Shown piece after piece: positions 24,424 to 36,000 of a DNA stretch of 50,316 nucleotides (position 1 is the stretch's first letter; each line of letters begins with the position of its first letter). A program made the position numbers and the translations under genes. The notes under the pieces are model-generated. The model did not search any database. It worked only from the letters and a program-made list of their open reading frames with translations, and was not told the DNA's origin. This DNA is from Veleropilina oligotropha (lineage: Eukaryota): contig JBEUKZ010000013.1 of assembly GCA_048128005.1 (NCBI GenBank), forward strand, positions 186,001 through 236,316, given 5' to 3'.

Positions 24424-27400
24424 CAGCAGCAGCCCCTCTTTTTCGGTTACATTCAAGGCACGTTAAGCGCACGTTGTCGCGGATGTGGCCCCTGCTGTTG
24501 TCCACACGGTCGACACTGAACTGCAGTGTGTCTTTCGGGGCATATGCCCAGAGCAGCTCTATGTTGCATGCTGCGCATTGGCTGTTTTGGGCTTCTTTGA
24601 GCTGCAGGATGTCCTCGACCTTGAGGTTAAATCCCTGGAGTCCCTTTGCCTGGTCCTGGCGCATGTATGCCACGAGCTTCCTCTGGATGGTTTTTCGAAC
24701 CTGCTGCTTGCTCTGCTGCGCTTGCGCGTGGGGGGGCCTGTCGTCAGAACCCTCATCCGGAGGACAGGTTACCTGTTCGAGCTGATGCAGATACTCCACC
24801 CTGGACACGGCTAGGTAGGCGAGGTTGCTCCACTGAAGGTAGTCGTCGATGATCCAGACTTTCTGTGGGTCGTAAATCGTAAGACCCTGGCTCAAATGGA
24901 TGGTGAGAGCATAGCCCAGGTGCCAATCCGGGGTCAGGATAGCCCTTTCGGCGGCCTCAATAGTGACCTCAATGACGTCGTTGAGAACTAGCTCCTGTCT
25001 TTCGTCGGTGCCCGGAATTGTTACCATGATGTTTTGCTTACGGGTGTCCCTGGGGTGGTAAAGGATAGGAACCTGGGAGTCTGGGAAGTGCTCCTTGTGC
25101 CTCTGGAGCAACAGCTCTTGAGCCCGTTCGTGGACCTTCTGACGGCTGGTGAGGATTAGGTCACCAGGCTTCCAGGCTTTGACAAACCGGTCCCCTCCAA
25201 GGCAGCTGGGGAGAGTCTTACGCATTTCCTGGCACTGGATTTTGTCTGGCTGGAGGCGGATACGTCTTTTCAGGGCTTGGAGGGCAGGGTCGTCTTTCGC
25301 CCTGTAGTCTACTTCGATCTCCTCATAGTAGTCCGCAGTCCTTCGCAGCCAATCGTGCGGCATCTCCCCCGTAATCGGTGGTGGCTGGCCCTGGTCCCCA
25401 CAGCAGATAACCTAAACTTCGTGGTGGCCCAGCCAGTCCAAGAACATCTCGAGGATATGCCTGGGAACAGTACAGACCTCGTCCCAGATAATGACGCGGG
25501 GGATGAACTTCTGACCCATGCGATCGGGCATCCAGTCGTGCTGACCGCTCCATCGGAAGAAGCTGTGGTAGGTCTGGGCTTTGACACCCCTGGTCCGCAT
25601 TTCTTTAGCGAGGCGGTGGGTTGGCGTGAACACAATGGGAGAGCTTGCCCGAAATAGTTTGATCGCTCTCGTAGTCTTTCCACAGCCCCCTCCACCGTTG
25701 AGGTAACTCAGGCGATGGTGGGTCAGCGTGTCATTGTAGCATGGCGCGGTGCTTGGCTGGCTGGAATTGGCGGCACAGCAATACTCTGGCTTGGGTAGGT
25801 ATGCGGCATGTTCCTGTGGCAGGTACAGCTGTTCGCCCTTGTCACGCCACTGGGCTGGACGCGCAGTGTCTGGTGGGCGGAGCCCAACTACAGTCATCCT
25901 GCACGTGTTGCACCTATTACAGTTGCAGAGTTTTGGGGGCATTGTACGCCTCGACTCTGTCGAGCTTGTGGAGTGCCATTTTCTTGATGTAGATGCTGTC
26001 AGTGGCCACGCGTACAGCTTCTGCTGCACTGAAACGCTGGAGCATGCTCAAGAGGTTTATGTGGGCATAGGCCAACATGCTGGCCCTCAGGTGGGCGTAC
26101 TGAGGCTGGGAGCCATCATAGTACATGAGGATGTGACCGAGGGGGCATCTTTGAGGAGCACCAACCAGGGTGCCGCTTTGGCGAGTGTCTCTTACGAGGA
26201 AGTCGAGCTCCCCCTGGTCGGTCACCAGTCTTCGAGTCAATCTTTTACCGTCTGCCTTGGCACCTTGGGTGAATTTGCCGATAATGCTGCAGCCCTGGTC
26301 ACGGTTCTCAGGAAGCCAGACCTCGAGTTGCTTCCCGAATGCGATGATGGCCTCGCGCACCTCGAGGGTCTTCACGAGGCCGGACTCTACGAGGTACGTG
26401 AGCAGAGGCGTCGGGGCCCAGCCATTCTCTGCAAAGTGCTTTCCGAACCAGGCGGGAATGACGGGGTGGACCCCGGGAGCGAACTCCCACCCCACGACCT
26501 CAGCAAAGCCAGTACTGGTATCTTCGGGAAGAGGGCCGTTAACTGCGACCCGAGTCATGCGGTGGAGTGGGTGCCCGAATCGCTCGAAGTATGGCTTGGC
26601 CTCGCCCTTCCCCTGAAAGCTTGCAGGATAGCAGGATTTCATATCGATGCAGCATATATCTCTCTTATCATAGCCCATGGAATTCCAAAGGCCACCATGA
26701 CCATGCTCTACGCAGGCCTTCTGGATGTCATCGAGCAGGCTGGCTGGGGTAGGTTTCCAGCCGTTGTTCTCTTTGGCCATAATGCTAGCTGCATGGTTTT
26801 CGCCAAAGGCTCGATCGGCAAGAGACTCGTTCCCCAGAGCCTTACAGGCTTCCTGAAGAGCGGTGTGAGTCTCTTTCGTCCTGTAGGTGCGGCCGTCTTG
26901 CAGCACGAACTGGTCCACGTTGAGCTGTCGGTCTTTACCGCCAAGGAGCCAGACAGCTAATGGCTCATTCTGTGTGGCTTGTCGGATAGCTTCCCAGACA
27001 TCGCCCTCATACAGGTGGACCCTCGCGAGACTGTGGGAAGTGAAGGTCCTTGGGCCAGGCGTGGCCATTGTGACAGATGAGTTCGACTGGTCTGTGCCAG
27101 CCCTGGTACTTCCCACTGTTGTAGAGGTCCTCGCCGGCGATGTCTCTCAAGATAATCGCCCGCTTCAGTATCTTCTCCAGGTCAGCGACGTTCTCAACAG
27201 TAGCGCCTGTTTCGTGGACTCGCGCCTCCCACTCCTGTATTTTATGCCGCCTTGTTGGATTTAGTCCGTTCCCTCTCATGGCACCTTCAAAGTGCTCAAC
27301 CACTCTCTGGGCAACGCAGTTGAGGTCGCCGTTTTTCAATGGGACTAGGTTGGCAGGGTTTGGTTCTCTGAGAGGGTAGAGGCCGTAGACGACTGCAGTG

Positions 27401-28335
27401 ACCGGGTAGGCGTTCTCGTAGTAGGCATTGTCGACCCCCGTTATAGCACCTGGCTTAGTGTCCTGAGAGATCTCAACGACACCCTGGCCCTTCTTCCTCG
27501 CAGCCTTCACCGGGTCAAACTTGTCTTCGATCACCCAGTCACCTTCACCACCCCACTCATGCAAGAACTTGATTCTCAGGAGAAACTCGCCCTTTGGAAG
27601 GGCTGTGAGGAGCTGTACCGCCCTCGCATCTGTCATACGGGCATCCAGGGCCAGCCGGCCAGCCCTCGCTTCGATGCCGTGTGCGATCTCAATGTCCACT
27701 TCTACCCTCCATGTGGAGAAGGCCGCCACGGCGCCATCGACCTCAAACTCGTCTTTGGCGTCGTTCAAGAGTTCCACCCATGGCTCTTTTGCTGGGAGCC
27801 TTACTGGGGGAGGGGCTTGGTCATCCAGGTCGATGAATTGTTGCCCCTCTGTTGTGGTAAACAGCCTTAGAAGATCCTTCTGGTAGTCCTGGGCTGTCCG
27901 GGGCCTTTTGGAGATGGGAATTGGGTCAAATTCCTCAACAATGGCCTTCCGAGCAATAGCCCCCGCAAGGGTCTCTTTCCTAGACCTAGTCAGACCGTGC
28001 AGGTGCGGCTTGACGATTCGATCCGTGATGCTACGAAGCCACTTCTGTCGTATCCCGGGCGTTTTCTCAGCCTGGGTTTCGTATTTACGGACCTTGAGGG
28101 CCACCTCGACCTCGTCCTTAAGCTGCCGCAATTCGCGAGCACGACGGCCTCTTTTGTGGGGGTTCTCCACATCTCCACGTATGGAGGGGAACCTTCCCGT
28201 TTTCATCGCCCGCTCGAGTCTCCTCCGAAACTCGGCAGCACGGACCCCGGCTATTGCCCTGATGAGGTCGTTTTTCTTGAGCTTCGACCGAGCGGGAAGC
28301 CCGTAATCTTTCGCTAAATTACGCAGTTCATCCAT
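24413..28335 (-). pseudogene. Single ~1300-codon multidomain replication gene: HeH-like / putative Cys protease / PolB core / SF1B helicase / HNH
   Basis: Four ORF-track pieces join through frameshifts near 27021 and 25935 and one in-frame TAG at 25412-25414. PolB: CIDMKSCYPAS, SIIGKF, VATDSIY. Helicase: GGGGCGKTT, TPTHRLA, TYHSFF, IIWDE, GDQGQPPPI, YALTIHLSQGLT, YLAVSR. HNH: CAAC..SVDRVDNSRGH..NVRLTCLECN. Confidence 0.88.
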
Positions 28336-28383
28336 GTTGCCGGGCGGGTATACACTACGCCGATCATTACTCTAATAGGAAGT

Positions 28384-28671
28384 TTACGTGTGGTAACTTG
28401 CAGCCATGCGGAGAAACTCTCGCAGAAACTCTCTCTGGGAGGCTCTTTTCTTGCGTTGCCAGTCCCTAGCGTCCTCATTCCGATATCCACAGCGCTGACA
28501 CAGCGTAAACCGGTTGAAGACTCTTTTGCCGCATTTGATGCAGGGCTTTGTGCCCCGGCCATTTTGCCGTAGCCGAGCCTGGTGAACTTTGCAAAACTCT
28601 CTCAGACAACTCTTACCGCATAGCTCCGTGGAGCTGATGGTGAGCCATTGACAGGTGTCTGTGCCCTTCAT
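28384..28671 (-). CDS. 95 aa Cys-rich, basic zinc-binding protein
   Basis: C-x10-C-x3-C-x4-C-x2-H followed by CxxC-x10-CxxC; ATG start; co-oriented just upstream of the replication gene. Confidence 0.65.
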   Translation of the reverse strand: MKGTDTCQWLTISSTELCGKSCLREFCKVHQARLRQNGRGTKPCIKCGKRVFNRFTLCQRCGYRNEDARDWQRKKRASQREFLREFLRMAASYHT

Positions 28672-28802
28672 CGTATCCTTTGCAGTGGGTGTACCTGTTG
28701 CAATGGGTATGTCTAAAAGAGAGCCCGGGCCGGCGAGGGTAACGGGCCGTCCCTACGGGCTCTTACTACCAGCACGGTTCAAACGGGCGTGGCCAACGGA
28801 TA

Positions 28803-29081
28803 TCACAGAGGGTCCGCCTTTGGACGACGGTGATTGTGTAAAACTCCCTTGTTACCGTCTTTGGTCTTCTTCTTAAAGACCACCTGGTCACCGTCGTCGA
28901 GTTCGACAATCAAAACGTCGTAGCCTGTGTTTAGGAGGTTTCTAACGCGCCTGTAGCTCCCTTCGCCGTGCAGCGTAGGAACGTCTTCCAGGTCACCCTC
29001 TCTATCGTCTCTATCGGCTGGTCCGTTTCCAGAGTTGTCATCTTGATCTCGCTCTCGCGGTATCTTGGGGGGCTGCGACAT
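28803..29081 (-). CDS. 92 aa hypothetical protein with acidic N-terminus
   Basis: AACATG start at 29081, MSQPPKIPRERDQDD..; a TATA-like TAATATATA lies about 70 nt upstream on the minus strand. Confidence 0.5.
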   Translation of the reverse strand: MSQPPKIPRERDQDDNSGNGPADRDDREGDLEDVPTLHGEGSYRRVRNLLNTGYDVLIVELDDGDQVVFKKKTKDGNKGVLHNHRRPKADPL

Positions 29082-29639
29082 GTTACTTTCAAGTATAACT
29101 ACACACCGTCTAACATACCAGTTATTTCGCACCGACTGCCCTGGGGGTATATATTACGAGCCCCTCAGTTCTGAAATAGGGCTGGGAGCCTCCCCGGTCG
29201 CCCCGGGCCCCCCTAACTTCCTCTGAAACCCCCTAGTCCCCCCCCTTATTCTGAACAGGTGCTGGGAGCCCTATTTTTCCATTCTAAAAAGTCCAATCAC
29301 CCCCCCTGCTGCTCACTTGATAAATAAAAAATATATATTCAATCCCATAAACGAAAAGCTCCATGATTTTGCAAATCCAATCCCAGAATGCCTGAATTTC
29401 GGGTTTCCGTTTGGTTATATTCTAACAAAGGTAGGCCTATACGATTTTGTTGAGAATTCATTATTTTCTACACACATGTTTGCCTATATGAGCTCGCACT
29501 TCGTGCTCGTTATAAGTATTAAAACTAATTACAAAGTGTTAAAATCACTAGTTTATTTAATATAATTCCTTCTTCCAACTAGTACATTGACAATTTAAAT
29601 GGCTCAATGTATCTCGAACTTTGACCGTTCCTTGTTCTG

Positions 29640-30204
29640 GGTCCAGTTTCACCAAAAAACTTACATTCGGTCTTAGACGTAAGATTGTTGTAATTCCAAC
29701 TCGCGATCGTACGTGTGTTTCACAAAAAATCTTAAATAAATCTTACCACTGATATCGGTCGTATGGCTACGTCGACTGGTTTCCCCCACAATGCACCAGA
29801 AATATATTCACATATTGAAAACAGTCATGTCGTAAGGTATTTTTGAACGGCAGTCAGCTTTAGATTAAAATATAGGTAAATGTATAATAATAGATTTTAT
29901 CTTATATCCTGCCGTTCCTATTGTGCACTATAATATTTCATGCACCGTACGTGCGAATGTTAACAATCTTTGACGCATGCGCAATTCAGCGTAACTAAGG
30001 TATTTTCTAACCATTTCGCATGACTAGTTACTTATGACAATCTTACATTTGTCCTAAGTTTTACGTCTTGCGATTAACTTAAGACAACCTTTGTGAAACG
30101 GTCTTAAAATAATCTTAAGATTGTTCTAAGACTATCGTAAGTCTAAGGCTTGCTACTGCACGTAAGACTTGCTACCGCACGTAAGATATTTGTGAAACGG
30201 GACC
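29640..30204. mobile_element. PIF/Harbinger-type MITE with CTG target-site duplication
   Basis: CTG|GGTCCAGTTTCACCAAA ... TTTGTGAAACGGGACC|CTG; the empty site is visible in the paralogous DNA near 13560. Confidence 0.85.
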
Positions 30205-30789
30205 CTGGCTTAAGTTTAATTTGATCGATAAATTCTGAACGTTTCCAACACTACATTCGACAGAATTTGAAAGATTGCTCGATGACGTCACCGCACGCGC
30301 AGAAAAGTTCCAACCTTTAAGATAATGTTTATCTGTGATTTGGACCATAACTGATGAAACTTCAGCAGAATTTGTTGCTTATGATAAACGCTACGCGCCT
30401 GCAGCTGTCATATGCATATTTGTGGGCAAGCGCGAAGCGCTTGACACTCTTGATAAATAAATGAAATATTATGTGATATTAGTAGCGAGTATTTACCCAT
30501 AACCGATCAATGCCTTATTTTTGAAAAAATCAATCCCAGAATGCCTAGATTTCGTGTTTCCTGTTTATATCGTAGGCATATATATAGTCAATTTTGTTTA
30601 AAATTCATTATTTTCTTCACACGTGTTAGTCTATAAGAGCTCGCACTTAACATAATTAAAGAAGCTGTACCATTTTTATTCCAGACCAGTTTAATATACA
30701 TATTTTAGTATGTCCTATGTAGCATATAAACAACAACAAAGTAATTTATTAAAACAATAATGAACAAATGTGTACATTTTTGGGCAGTT

Positions 30790-30958
30790 ATGTACGTCAC
30801 GGCGCTACCCGTGTGTAAATGACTGTAATGCTCCCAGAGGGAGTTGAGGTGGCACATCGAGTGGAACAGGCCCATAACCAGGGGTAATAATGTTCAGTGC
30901 GTTGAGGCATGAGCGTAATAATGCGCTATATAAGACCGGAGTATTATTATTATTATTA
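30790..30958 (+). mobile_element. SINE 3' part (Nin-domain-like core with an L2-type tail)
   Basis: ATGCTCCCAGAGGGAGTTGAG..GAACAGG..ACCAGGGGTAAT..GCGTTGAG..ATGCGCTATATAAG..(TAT)n. Confidence 0.6.
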
Positions 30959-31801
30959 ATGCACAGTGAATTTGGTCAATGTAGTGTGGAACAGTAAGTG
31001 TCCATTTCCAAAAAAAAACGAAGCACAATTGCATTTTTAAAATTCATTTATGATTTAAAATTGAAGATCGCAAACAATTTTGAATACAATGTATACATTT
31101 AATCATGTAATACGATGTATACATTTTCCTAATATGTTTTTCCCAGAACCTGGTAAAATATTAAGTATAGCTTAAGATAGCATTGCGTAAATTGTGTAAC
31201 AGCTTCTTCTGCATTATGAGGCAGCTGCTAGGTGTATATTACCATCAACAGTGTGTGGAGGGTTGTCCCAATGGGTGTCTGTCACACGAACAAGAAAATT
31301 TTAGTATTTAAAACTTTGAAACAGCCTCTCCAGCATTATGATGTTGCAAATGCTATGTTTTATATTACTATAACGATGTGTGTGGGGATGCTGTTACATG
31401 CAAAATAAATGTAATATTTTAAACTGTGAAACAGCTTTTTCTGCATTCTGAGGCTGCAAATGCTATGCTTTTAGCTTACTACCAACAGTGTCCATGGGGT
31501 TGGCCCCCTCATGAAGGAAAAGTTTGGTATTTAAGCTATCAAAAAGCATATCATGCGTTTTGAGGCTGTTAATGTTTTTCGCCAGAGGCTGTTGCCATAT
31601 ATATGTGCACCATTTTCTGATGAAGATAATCTGGCATCATTCATGTCATTCCCTGATTAATTTTACTCTGTTATTATTATTGCAAACTAGATTTTTTTCA
31701 GTCGACCAATTAAGTTTTCCTCATACGATAAAATGTTATGTTATGACTCTGAAACGTGTTAGCCTGTGTGCCAGCGAGCCTGTGTACATTTATAAATCCT
31801 A

Positions 31802-32866
31802 TTGAAAAGGCTAGAAGAGAGATATCGTATCACTGGCTCGGTGCTTTTGTGGTTTCATTCTTACCTCGAAAATAGAAAACAATCTGTTGCCATCAAATAT
31901 AGTATGTCGTCTCAAAGATCGTTTTGTGGTGTCCCTCAAGGATCTGTGCTTGGACCAGTGCTATTTAGTCTATACATAGCACAGCTGGAGGACGTGATAT
32001 TATGTCATGGAATAAACTGTATGATGTTCGCCGATGACAGCCAACTGTACATGATATTGGATTCGGGCAACAGTCGAAACAGTATTCCGCTCTTTGAACG
32101 ATGTATAGACGACGTAAAAGCTTGGACTTTGCAGAATAAGCTGAAGCTCAACGACAATAAGACAGATATTATTTTATTCACGTCACTCTTCTCAAATAAC
32201 GAACTAATAGACAGTATCAGGATTGGCCAGTCATCGATAAAAATATCTGACACAGCAAACGACCTGGGAGTTATCCTTGACAAGAATATGACCATGGTAC
32301 CGCAAATTAATAATGTTTGCCGCAAAGCATCATTATCAATTCGGAATATAGGTAAGCTGAGGAAATATCTTGATCAAAATGCTACGGAACGACAGGTGCA
32401 TGCCTTTATCACATCTCGTATTGACTGTTGCAACACACTCTACTACGGTGTAAATAAATCCGCCCTCTCAAAGCTACGTCTCCAAAATACAGCAGCTCGA
32501 ATTGTCACCAGAACCAAATCCAGTGATCATATCACCCCTGTACTCGCACGACTTCACTGGCTTCCGGTATCGAAGAGAATCGAGTACAAACTGTTGCTAC
32601 TCACGTATAAGACAATTCATGATCTCGCCTCGGTATACCTAAAGGATTTACTAACACACTATCAGCCAACTCGATGTTTACGATCCAGCCACCAGAATCA
32701 GCTCAATGTGCCGCGTACTATGACGAGAACCTACGGAAGTCGTCCCATCTCAGTGTCAGTTCCGAAGTTATGGAACGGACTACCCCTCAACATCAAACTT
32801 GCAGACTCTGTCAGCATCTTTAAATCACGTCTGAAGACTCATTTATTTATTTCTCTTAATGTATAA
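31802..32866 (+). pseudogene. LINE (L2/CR1 group) reverse transcriptase, C-terminal part
   Basis: GVPQGSVLGPVLFSLYI, MFADDSQLY, KLKLNDNKT, DLGVILD, RLQNTAARIV, HITPVLARLHWLPV. Confidence 0.93.
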
Positions 32867-33031
32867 ATTGAATTTAAGAACACATTTTTACTTAACTGTT
32901 TAATTATACTATAGCTTTCGCTATTATTTCATATAACTTTCTTTATATTTTAAAGTACGAAGAAATCTTAACTTTTTAATATTTTAACATTTTATTTTAT
33001 TTTATTTATTGACTTATTGAGCTTAGGATTT

Positions 33032-36000
33032 AATACATGACTTTCGAATCTCAGCGAGCCTCGTTCTGGTTTACCGGAAGTGGGAACAACTTGAGCAACG
33101 TAACGTTAGGTTGAACGAAGGCGGTCATCGAAATATCACCCAAGGTGTAATTTATGGACCGTATGCTACGAGATTAAATGCAGAATAGCCGCAGCGGGAT
33201 ATGTATATTAATAATGAGCCATAAAGCGATGTTTTCGGTGAACGAATTGCATATCAGCGCGATGTTTTTGTAAATCAATAAGACGATCATCGTTTATTCC
33301 GTTTAAGTTTTGTTTCGACGGAAACAATGGGAGGCATTCATGTAATAATTATTATTATATATTCCATGTGCATTGGTTCGCTATCATTACAAAATATTTC
33401 GTGTAGGCCTAACCTTACATGAAGGGCGTGAAGACTTTCCGAAATAATTATGATAATAATGACGCAAATTAACAAGAAATGTACCTACAGTTCGTCAACT
33501 TTTTCAAGGCAGAAAATATTTGCAAACAAATTATTAATACATACCATATTAATTAAAGCCTGTTCATAATCTGCAACATATTTAATATACATTAAATGTA
33601 TTGCCATTTGGCCTATAATATTATATACAGTATATTATTTTTTATTTTTGCATTGGATCAATATGGGCCTATATATAGTTGCATGACATAACAGAAAACT
33701 GAATTAGAAGCTTAATTGGGAAATTTGTCTAGTTTATAAAGAAGGGGGGTGTTTTTTTGATCGGATACAGGGGCGGATCCAGGATTTTGAAAAAGGGGGT
33801 CCGAGTTTCATGAAATATATTATCATGACAAATTTATGACAATCAACAGCCTGAAACCTCCTCTCCTGCACTCTGACAGGGCCAAAGCGATATTTCTTAC
33901 CAACATTATATGAACCAATTTCACTAAAATGTATGAGTATTTTTTTTCACAATCTAACATATTGAGTTTTTTACTGGCCGAGGCAATTTTACTTGGTCCG
34001 TCAAGTGTGGGGGGGGGGGGATCCGCCCCTGGGATATAACCGTAAACGGTTAAAACCAGTGATCTTGATTGTGATATGCTAAACAGTCTTGAAACAAAAC
34101 GATATGAATTGTATCAATTGGATGGGGGCCAGACCATGGATCCGATTCCGCCTATGAGAGACGCGGACATATGTTGCATATACCAGATAACTTGGACACA
34201 GCACCGTAGTGAGTACGATTATGGCTGGCAACTTTCTTTTTTGACCACTTTGGACAATTTTTCAGCCTTATCACAAGCACACTCTGTATATTAAAGGTCT
34301 CTCTCCAACCTGACAAACATATTCTTCCTAAAGTACCGCCTGCATGACTCTAACCCGGCCCACGTGTGAAGAATGAATTCAACTGGTCCAGTCACAATAC
34401 GCTGCCTCTTTGCAACGTTAATTTATTAATAATTGTTGGCATCGCAATAATAAGTTGAACCACATCAACAATTCAACATACCGGGTGGGGCCACCCGGTG
34501 TGGGCACATCCCTGGGCATGGGAAATCTGAGTATGCATGCGATTCCTCTTGGCTGCCGGAGACATTCACTTGAATTTAGCCACTGCATCAGCATACATGA
34601 CATTAATTGGTATATATAACTGTCCATACGTGATTGACTTGAAAAATACAATTATAAGTTCCCTTTAAGTTATTTATTATATCAAAGGTCCTATTTCTAC
34701 AGGATGCAACATTCTTCTTTAGTGTATCAATATTCCAGTCATAAAATCTCACTTGAATGTTTTGGTTTGAATCGATACATGTTTAATATTCTGTTTTAAC
34801 AACATTTATGTCCATATCATCACAGGTGGAACTCGCCCTCACCGGCTTGTAACGGACAACTGTAACTATTAACTGAACATGTTAGTTTCTGAAATAACAG
34901 AATAATTGAGCTATCATGTTTTAATTTTATATGGCAGTTTAGATTAGATTTGAAATGTAAGACTATCAGTGAGTATCACAATTAAATAAAATTTACAACA
35001 TGGATATAACATCTTTATTATTATTATAATGAGTACAAATAACCAAAATAGTATTAGTAATCACAAAACCATTATTGCAAAATAATGCATAATATACCTT
35101 ATCAACTAAAAAATATTAATGCTGTAAACAGAAATCATTAAACTGCCAATCATGCCAAGTGAGACATTACCTATTGAATTATAGGACCATCAATAAGATT
35201 ATCTAAATGCATGAGATAATCATATTTATGTTCCTGATTAACACATATACACATAAAAATTATAATCAAATAGAAGACAATTATAAAGTAAAATAGGTAA
35301 ATTAAACTGCTAAACATAGCAAATATAAATCACAATTCATTGAAACAAATTAAATAGAGAGTATTATAATGCATAATTGTATAAATGAAGTATAAAATAT
35401 TGTTGGCAGCATTTTAAAAATAATTTACTCTTTAACTGCTGAAGTATATAGATAGACACTAAATATAAACATGTCTTGGTAACCCATTATTGATGAAATG
35501 CACCAGTTTGACAATTATGGTGTTGACTTATCAACAAGCATTGGTCAGCCAATACCTTATCATATAGAAAGTCAAGCGAATTTTGTGCATGCATTCCAGC
35601 ATGATGATCTCATATCCACACAACCACCACCGATATAAATACTGGTATCAAACGTTATCAATGAATTCTACGCTATCTGTATTTAGCAGTCATATCAATG
35701 GATTTATTTGAAAAGGTGTTTTAATGAAACTAGAAGATTTACCCAACAATAAATTATTTGAACCATGAAGCAATGGAAAATCCATACACATCTCTTCTCG
35801 TCAGCCACAACATCTTGATATAGGATTTTATATATGACACAACAAGTCTGTTAGTCAGATGACTTCATTGAAAGTAAGTTATAGAAATATAGAATTATAG
35901 TTATAAATACGACTTTTATCAGATCCAAGTTGAAACAATTGTATATATTTCAGTATACTAGTATCCATTACTCTATCCTATTACAAATTGTGCAAATAGC

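Larger units (their letters stand above)
22035..29317. mobile_element. Polinton-like / virus-like integrating element (integrase plus PolB-SF1 helicase-HNH), left end missing
   Basis: GC-rich, gene-dense and intronless, with two convergent gene blocks; right end ...CTGCTGCTCACT followed by an abrupt return to AT-rich repeat DNA. Confidence 0.8.

Noticed and set aside
24413..26029. Helitron RepHel
   Set aside because: A Pif1-like helicase is present, but it is preceded by PolB motifs rather than HUH/Y2 Rep motifs and is linked to a DDE integrase.
25749..26960. 403-aa plus-strand ORF and the other overlapping ORFs in 24.2-28.3 kb
   Set aside because: They are antisense shadows of the GC-rich PolB-helicase gene and have no motifs of their own.
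18300..29317. Bacterial or phage contamination (GC-rich island)
   Set aside because: The content is a eukaryotic DIRS pol and a Polinton-type integrase, with mutational decay and junctions into host repeats.
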